Source: a virus
IMG/VR virus record: IMGVR_UViG_3300027749_000107
Span: 4,484 to 68,483 of that record
Direction: 5' to 3' (one strand)
DNA length: 64,000 nt
Shown in pieces: positions 1 through 9,000 of the stretch; the stretch's first letter is position 1; each line of letters starts with the position of its first letter. The notes beneath the pieces were generated by a model, which was given only the letters and a program-made list of their open reading frames with translations, searched no databases and was not told the origin of the DNA. Position numbers and translations under genes: made by a program.

Positions 1-3000
1 TCTTGAACAACTGAATGTGGCATAACATAATCTGATATGCCAGTACCTAATGTGCCGCGGCGAAGTTGACTTAATTCATTTCCGTTTTTTATAAAAAACT
101 CAATTCGTTCGCCGTTAATTTCAACAATGCCAGGTTTATTAGCCGTTGGATCCGGCACTGTAAACATACTCGCATCGTTTACAAAAATACTAGTATCTGT
201 GTTTAATAACGCTTTTACTAATGTTGTTTGTTTTACTTCTGGCATCCGCTTGTAATGCGTACGATTTAGCATGTCCTTAAACTGCATATATGTATACGCA
301 GTAGTTGTGTCACTTGCGTTAGTATACACCTTAATAGATAACGAATCTGATACTTTGCCCGGGACTACTTCTTCAAGACCGCTAAATTTATTTTCAAAAT
401 TGTCACCGTCTATTATTATGTCATCAATTGCTATACCGGTAGCATCTATTGGTAACTTTATTCCAGAAAGTTCACTTGAATTAAATGTACCACCGGCTAA
501 CGAAACATCATAGTCATTATCATTTGAGGTAGCACCGTCGCTTGTTACTTCACGAATAATAAAGGTACAACTTTCTGGTACAGGTAGCCCTAAATTTATA
601 AAATGTTGGTTGAAAAAAGTTACTGGAATGATAACATTAGTTACTGATCCGGTTGCAATCGGCGATTCCATAATATCTCCGCCATCGATTCTTATTGGGT
701 CAGAACTTCCGAAAGTTGGCTCATAATAAACAGTTAATACAGTGCCTTCACTAGGCACACTAAATCCATCTTCTGGAAATGGAATAGTTATACTTGCTGC
801 ACCGCCGATGTATTTAAATACAAGGTCATTAAATTTAACATTTACATTATCCCATTTAATTGTATCAAAATTTGAACGATCCCATCCGTGTTTTACACCA
901 AAATTTAACCCAGATATTTCAACACCACCGTAATCTATACCAACTAACAACTGTGCTAAATCTTTACCAAGTTCACCAGGTGCCGGATTATAATAATGTT
1001 CAATTCTATCTACTGCATTTAATGCAGAGTTAGCTCTTACATACGTAACTTCTATAATACTGCCTTTGGCAATAGTACGGTTAAACTCTATCATTCCAGA
1101 TAGTTTTGTATAACCATTAACTTTTATTGATACAGTTGACACTTTGTAATGGTCTCGTATTTCTATAGCACCGTTAACAACTACCGATGTATTACCAACA
1201 ATTGTACTTGGTTCCCACTTTAATGGAAATTGGGTTCTTTTTCCAGTTACTAGTAAAACTGGAATTGTTTCAGTTTCACGCAGATCAGTCTGTGTTACAC
1301 TATACGTATTTCTATCAAATTTTAAATTAATAGTATTGGTACGAATTACACTCTTACCAATAACTGCAATTGCGTTAGCAACTGATCCGGCATGTGATAA
1401 ACCGCCAATAATGTGAACAGTTGGTATTGTTAAATATGATTTACCAGGTAATACTATGTTAATACGATTAACTTTACCATTTGCAATATATGCAACTGCA
1501 GTTGCACCGTATCCGGACTCACTTGAAATAACAACCTTTGGTGATAACGTATATCCCGACCCACCGTCTATCACACTTATATTAACTACTGAAAAACCTA
1601 CGTTATCTGCCCACGATTTCCATGGATATTGTTGGATAGCATCATTAGTGGACTGTAATCCTCCGCTAGCGGTTGTAGTTACTACTACCGGAACAACTCT
1701 TTTAAGATTTAGATCATATGTTGCAGGTAAATCAAAATCAGACACCTCAGATGCACTAGTCTCTATATTAGAATATAAACTAACATATTCTCTAATTTGA
1801 GTTCTATATGGTTTTACCTCTGATACATAATCTTCATAATTAGATAAATTATCATTTTGATACGTAACTGATTGATGTAAATTTCCAACATTATGAACAA
1901 CATTAACAAAACTAGTTTTAAATATCCAATCAATGTATGTTTGTTCACTCATTGCATATCGAACACTAGTAAAGAATAATTTTAAATAAGCATCGTTACT
2001 TAATATATCTTTAATTGAATTTAATATAATACGGAGTTCTGTTGCTGCACAGTTATCGTATACAATCGAGTCATATAGTACACCATCATATCCAATAGCA
2101 GTATTTATAAAATTATACAATGTTGACGTAAACTGAATAGTACCGTCTTGACTACCAACTATTTTATAAGACGCTGTCCAATCATATTCAAAAGATTCGT
2201 TATCAGGAATAAGTTCTTTTATTTCTGCATTGTATCTTTCTAATAATACCCATCTCCCTGCAGTAGTAGTACGAACAGTAACTAACTGTCCTACAGTTGC
2301 ATTAACTGAATATAAGTCAGCGTATGTATCAACAGCATAATTAGAAAAACTAAATTTACTATACCCTGTTGCATACCAATCAACTGTTTCCCAGTAATTC
2401 GTAACATTATATGCCTGTGATACAGATTTAGACCATAACCCAGTAATTGAACTATATGAATAAATAGTCCAAGAGTTATTTGCTTGCGAATCGCTAGTTA
2501 CTAATGCTGAAAAATCTCTAACTGTAAGAATAGTGTCGGTTAAATATCCATTGCCTGCATTAATAATATCAACTCCTACAATTTCACCTTTAAGATTAAT
2601 TATTGCTTTAAGTTTTGCGTTAATACCAACACCGTACACGTTAATAAATGGTGCTAGTTTATATCCATACCCGGGACTAACAATTGTTATTCCCGTAATT
2701 CTACCATTAACTACAATTGACGTTAGCTCTGGTGATTTAACATATTGTGTTACTACATATGGTAACTCTGCATCAGTATATATAACAGTATCATATAAAC
2801 ACCTTACTAATGCCGGAGGTGAATCAGACTGTTCTAAACTTGTAAGATCAATCGTATCAACAATTAAATTACTACTTAAATATCTATTAACTTCTTCAAT
2901 TAATTGTTTAAGTGCTTCAAATCGATTAACAAACATTCCCTGACGTGGGCGATTTTCAATTCCATATTTTAATTTTATTGGTAATGCTTGATCCGGAACT

Positions 3001-6000
3001 AGTCTGTCATACTCATCTTTACCACACAAACTGTCAATCCATTTTCTTTCAATATGTGCTGGCAATACAGTTTGTGGCGCTGTACTAATTAATTTCCACT
3101 GTGTATGAATATTTTGATCTGTCTTATCTGTAAGCCAATATTCAATTGATAATACTACATCAGTGTGAATCAAATGCGGTTTTATGTTTACTAAACTTAA
3201 CGAATTTCTACCAGTTACTGCAATAAATTCGTATCCTACTCCTTTTGGATTTGAAATTAACGTAGACACATCGTACGCCGATATAGATCTACCTAATAAC
3301 GGCGACACGGTAGTTTTATTTTTAACCCAAAAGTAATATGTAGGTATTTCAATCTGACTAAGTGTATCATATCGTGTTATTTTTGTGTATACAGTATCGC
3401 CATACAATGATTTCCCACTAATTCCAGTTGCTAATCCTGCTTCAGTATCTGCTTCTTCATCCCAAACTGATGGTAAAATATCAGATTCAACCCATTCGTA
3501 TATGTCAACCGACGCACCTGGTACTAACATACTAAGTACACTATTACGATACATCACGTTATCAGTAAAGCTATCAACAAATTTTGTTGTTCGTTTATCC
3601 CACCATAGTACACCTACTTGTTCACTATCCCATGCAATTCCTTCGTCAACATTAACTGCAGATGTTCCTACAGAATATACTGCAGGATCATAAGTTGTTT
3701 TAAATTTTACTTCTCTTTCTATAATATTTGGATATTTGTGTTGTATGGGATCAACGATATCTAAATATTTTATAAGTTTATTAGTACGACGATTATACAA
3801 AAATGCCTGTTTAATTTTTGTAATATCCGGTTTATCTATTGCAGCGTGTTTTACTGCCCAACTAAACTTTGTTCTATCTTTTACATATTCGTATAGTCGT
3901 GCTGTATTTTTAACATTTCTTGCACTTATAATAATACTAGTAGGAGTTACTGCAATCTGATCACCGTATCCGGTGTTATTTAATGTACTAGTTGGGGGAG
4001 ACAATCGTTCACTAAAATTCCATTTATCGTTGTACATGTTAAAAACATCAACGTCACTTGTATACGATGAAAAAGTAGTTTTACCATCATCAAATGTAGT
4101 GATCCCAACTACTAAATGTGTTATAGAATTAACTTTAGTAAATGTAGTTTCTTTAACACTACTACTAACAACTATAGTTTTATGATCATCTGAAAACTGT
4201 ATATTACTTTTATCGTAGTTGCCTTCAGATGCTGAAGGATTAGAAATATATAATTGCAATGTATTTGGCAAATAAGATCCATCATTTTGCAACGTATAAA
4301 GATACAGGTTATTAGCACTTGACACTGCAATATAGTTGGCATTATTTGAAATTGCAAGACTTTGTCCAAATGTAACATTAGCTGCTGGTAAAATTACACA
4401 TTTCTCATTTGAATAGTTGTTTGCACTAGTATACACATACACTTTGCCATTATCTGATCTATCTAACACAGCAACTACACCGTTACTTGATGATACAACT
4501 GATGTTCCAAATGTTCCCCCGTGTGTTAAATATCCCGATACCGGAAGCCAGCTATAGGTAGTAAACAGTAGTGTACCGGATGGTGTTTCAGTAGGTGCCG
4601 TTGCTAGCAATAGTGTTGTAGAATTTATTACTTCTTGCACTATAGTAGTTACTTGAGAAAACCCTGTACCACTTACTAGCATACCTGCACTAATACCAGC
4701 GGTATTAGACACTACTAATGTTGTGTTGACACTTCCTTGCGGATTATATGATCTCAATATTGGAGTAGACGATGTATAACGGTATCTGTATAATCTACCA
4801 TTGGCTGTTCCTATGAAAAATGTATCGTTAGCAAATGTTAACGTAGTACCAAACTTTACCGCACCAGTTGGCTGAATTACAGACAATGATGCGGTTTGGA
4901 AATATTGACCTACTAATTCATACAGGTATACCACTGGTGTTGTATCTGCAGTATTAACAAATGATAACCATTCTCCTGATTTAGACATTGCAATAGTGTC
5001 TGCTATCGCACGTATCTTTTGATTTAGTCTCCAATAGTGATTATTCTTATCACGATTATAAACTGATATGTAATTTTTAGACAACACTGCAACTAACGTT
5101 CCGGCGCTATTTGAAACTATTTTTCTTCCAAAGTCAGATTCAATATCATTAGTATATACTTCTGTTAATGTATATGCTGGATTAAATTCCCAAGTTTCCC
5201 ACCGGCCGTCTGTATTGTCGATCCATAATTTACAACTATATGATAACTTACCAGTTTTTGAATTAACATGTGGTAATTCGTTAAACAAGTAATTATTATG
5301 ATCTATTGACGGTAATTTTCTATTTTTCAAAATTCTAACTGTTGCATGATTTAACACAACCGTGTTAGTGTCTACAACAATTTCAAACGTAGTACTAGTA
5401 ATATTAATTGGGATATAAAATCCGTCAATTACTAAAGTGTCAGTAATACTAATAATTGTACCTGCTACTAATGTTACTGCCTTTGCAAGATTAAACACAT
5501 ATCCGTTTTCTGATATGTCTATATTGCGAACAATAAATCCTGATTCAACATATTGGTATACTGCCCACTCAGTTTCATTTACGGTAGAACATAAGATATA
5601 ATCATTTAGTGAATAATCAGCAACGTTAAGTGCTAGTATATCTTTTATTGTTTTTACACTAGTTTTAACTTCGTCTGTTCTTGCATACACTGCATTAGAT
5701 GCAACATATTTTGCTTTTGGCCAAAACTCTGATTTATATCCAATTGGTTTTACATACAAGTCAGACGGTAATTGGCGTATTACTAAACTACTTAGATTAA
5801 AACCAATAGAATCAACTAATTCAATTGGTTGCGGATTTGTTTTAAATAACGATTCATCTAGTACAAATTCAATGTTTTCAAATGCAGCACTTGCACCATA
5901 CTGCCCCGAGCGCAATGCCCATTCTTCATAAAATTGTAAACTTTCTTGTCCATCGTGACTTAATACATCAAACAGTTTATTCAAAACATTTTGAGTACCT

Positions 6001-9000
6001 TTTTCAATAATCATCCCTTGATAAAACTTAAACTCACTAACATCATCTTGAATAATGTTTTCAAGATATTGCCGTTTTTGATAGCCAGTTAAATGCTGTG
6101 CCATCGTTTGCTGCGTCTTATCAAAGTTTTCACTTTCTAAACTATAAAAATCAGTAAACTGAGATGCTTTATAATTCCAATTTGGCATTAATCTTGATAT
6201 AGGTTTTTTACTTAGTTTAATCCAAGTTTTATTATTAAAGTCAGCCTCGCCTTGCGTTGAAATTGTTGCACTATAATAATATGTTTTATAATGGACTACA
6301 TCACCAACTGCATATGATTGCCACGGCACCCATTCTGTAGTAGCTGCTTGATCAACAATAAACCCCGGAACATTAAGCGATCCATTCCAGTTAGTACTAA
6401 CATACCCAGATACTTTAAGTTTGTCTTGTTTATAGCCGCTTGTTGGATTATAAATTGTATCATTAAACATTGTTGAATTATTAATAACTATTATATGTTC
6501 TTTTTGAACTAAGTAAAAACTTGCACAATACACACCAATGTTATTTCTTGGTGTATACGATATTGAGTTGTCTGTTCTATATAATTGTAAAAATGGTGTT
6601 TTAATCTCATTACCAGATTCGTCTAAAATTTCAATAATATTATTTTTATTTGTAACATCATCAATTACAGTAAGTACTGATTTAAATGTTAACAAAGTAG
6701 CAGCAGGACTTAACGATAAAACTGCAGAACCTGCATTATCAAGACCGTTTAACAAATAAAAATCTGCAAAATTAAAGACTTCCGAATCAACCGGCCGTAA
6801 CGCTTTGTAGTAGCTGCCGTTATATCTTATAATATCACCGTACACAATTGGAGTAGACGGAATCCAATCTTTCCACACTTCTTGCATTGACGCCCAGTTA
6901 TGTGTACTCCAGAATAAAAACTCTTTTGCACTAGTTTCCCAGTTTGACACTGCGCCTAACGCTTGATTATATTCGTTAAATTCAAACCCTTGTTCTGTTA
7001 ACCATCTGCCATGTCCAATTAAAAAATCCACAACTTCTTGAATTGATGAAAGTTTACTTGAATACGGCAATATCGCTACTGTAGTACCCCACTTCTGTTT
7101 AAACTCTGCAGAAATGCCACCGACAATAGGCAACGCTGGCAATAATGCAAATTGTGCCTGATCAAACGTAAGAGTTGAAGTATGTGAAGATACTGTTCTA
7201 TAATATCTAGAATTATACGATACTATTTTTCCTGCAACATAGTTCTGTTGCACTGACCACTCGGAGTAAGATTCTGATATTCCGCCAATTGTAAGTGATC
7301 GACCTGAACCGATTGGTTGGTAATATTTAAAATACGGCTGTACTTTACTATATCCTTTGATTTCAAATCCGCCTTGAATTTTAGTAATAATCACACCACT
7401 GTATGTCATTACTGTTATCGGTGACGATGTGCTTAATACAAGTTTATAATCTTCTTGAGGTATAAAAATACTACCAGATTCTGTTGGAGATTTTGAATCT
7501 AACAATAAATTAAATTTCTCTTTGCTTGTAAACGCACCTACACGATGACAAATTTGGGCAGTTAATAACTGTAAATTTGTCGTATATTGATTATAAAATT
7601 TTAATGTTTCGCAATTTAGATAATCAACTAGATAGTTTACTAATCCTGCAGTTTGCACACGCGCAGCACTTAGATATATACTAGGGAGTTTCATATCAGA
7701 TACTTTAATTCGTACTCCGGTGTCTGAATAAACAAGCTGTCCGGCAACATTTCGTATAATACGAGACCTGTCAAACAATACACCAATTGTTTTAGCAGGT
7801 GCTAACAAAATTGCTGCCTTAATAACACTAAACGGGTAATGTGAATGACGTTTCCATGCTGCTTCAATAGGCGATACATCACCAAAGGAAAAATCACCTT
7901 GTTCTGATTGAGATATAACACCAGATGTAAAGTTAGTATAAATTGGACTAACTAAGTTTCCATTAGAATCAACCGGAATATGTTTTAATAAATTAGGTCT
8001 AGCATACTTTGATAATGTGATTGCAGCTTTACCTGGTTCTTTTACAAAACCGTTGCTTAAATCGTGCCATAATACTAAATTATCTTTTGTATACGGCGCT
8101 GGACCATATACGCTAACCCACCATGTTGGCTCTACGCTAAACCCTAAAATTTCCCATGGACAAATGTGAGGACGGTCTGTACCTAACATCCATTGATATA
8201 TACCTCTCCAATATCTTGGACTAATCTGCCCATCGGGTGTATAATGATTTTTATACGCAAATGTAAACGAATTAGTTGCATCGTATGTTAATGCAGTTGA
8301 AAAATCAATTCCAATAACAGACGACCATTGATAAAAATCTGGCATTATTACTGAATTAAATTCAGCCAAACTATAATCTTGTTTTTGATAGTAACTAGGA
8401 ATAAAATCATGAATATTAAAAATAGACGCATTGTACTCTATTTTTATATTATTATAAATCCGTTTTTCTACCTCTAATATTAGATCATCTCTATAATCAC
8501 CATATGCTAATAGTAAACTACCATCATGTCCTTGAATCATCATTCTTGGTATAACTAATGAGGTATCATTATATATCTTAGGTTCATATTTAGGCCACAT
8601 ACCTAGTTTAGTAGGTGTTGCCGGAACTAAACATCCATCAGTTGTATCATACTCTATTATTGTTATAGTATCACCAATAGTAAGAATAGCAGATATTTCT
8701 ACAAATCCTTGACTACTAAATGTATAATCTTTACTATGTAGTAACTGAATATCGTTAACATATACACCAACTGCTTTATTAGATAAGTGGTCTAACGTAA
8801 ATACTTTAGATAACGAATACACATTAATTTCAGAATCATACACTGTAAAATTCGTAGTAATTGCTGCGCCATACGGAATCATATCACTAAAATAGTACGG
8901 AGCAGTTGATGGTGTATCTTTATTAATTTCCAACAGTATTGCATCAACATGCGATCTAGTGTCAGTGTCAATGCCTAATCGTTCTGCAATAACCATAAAT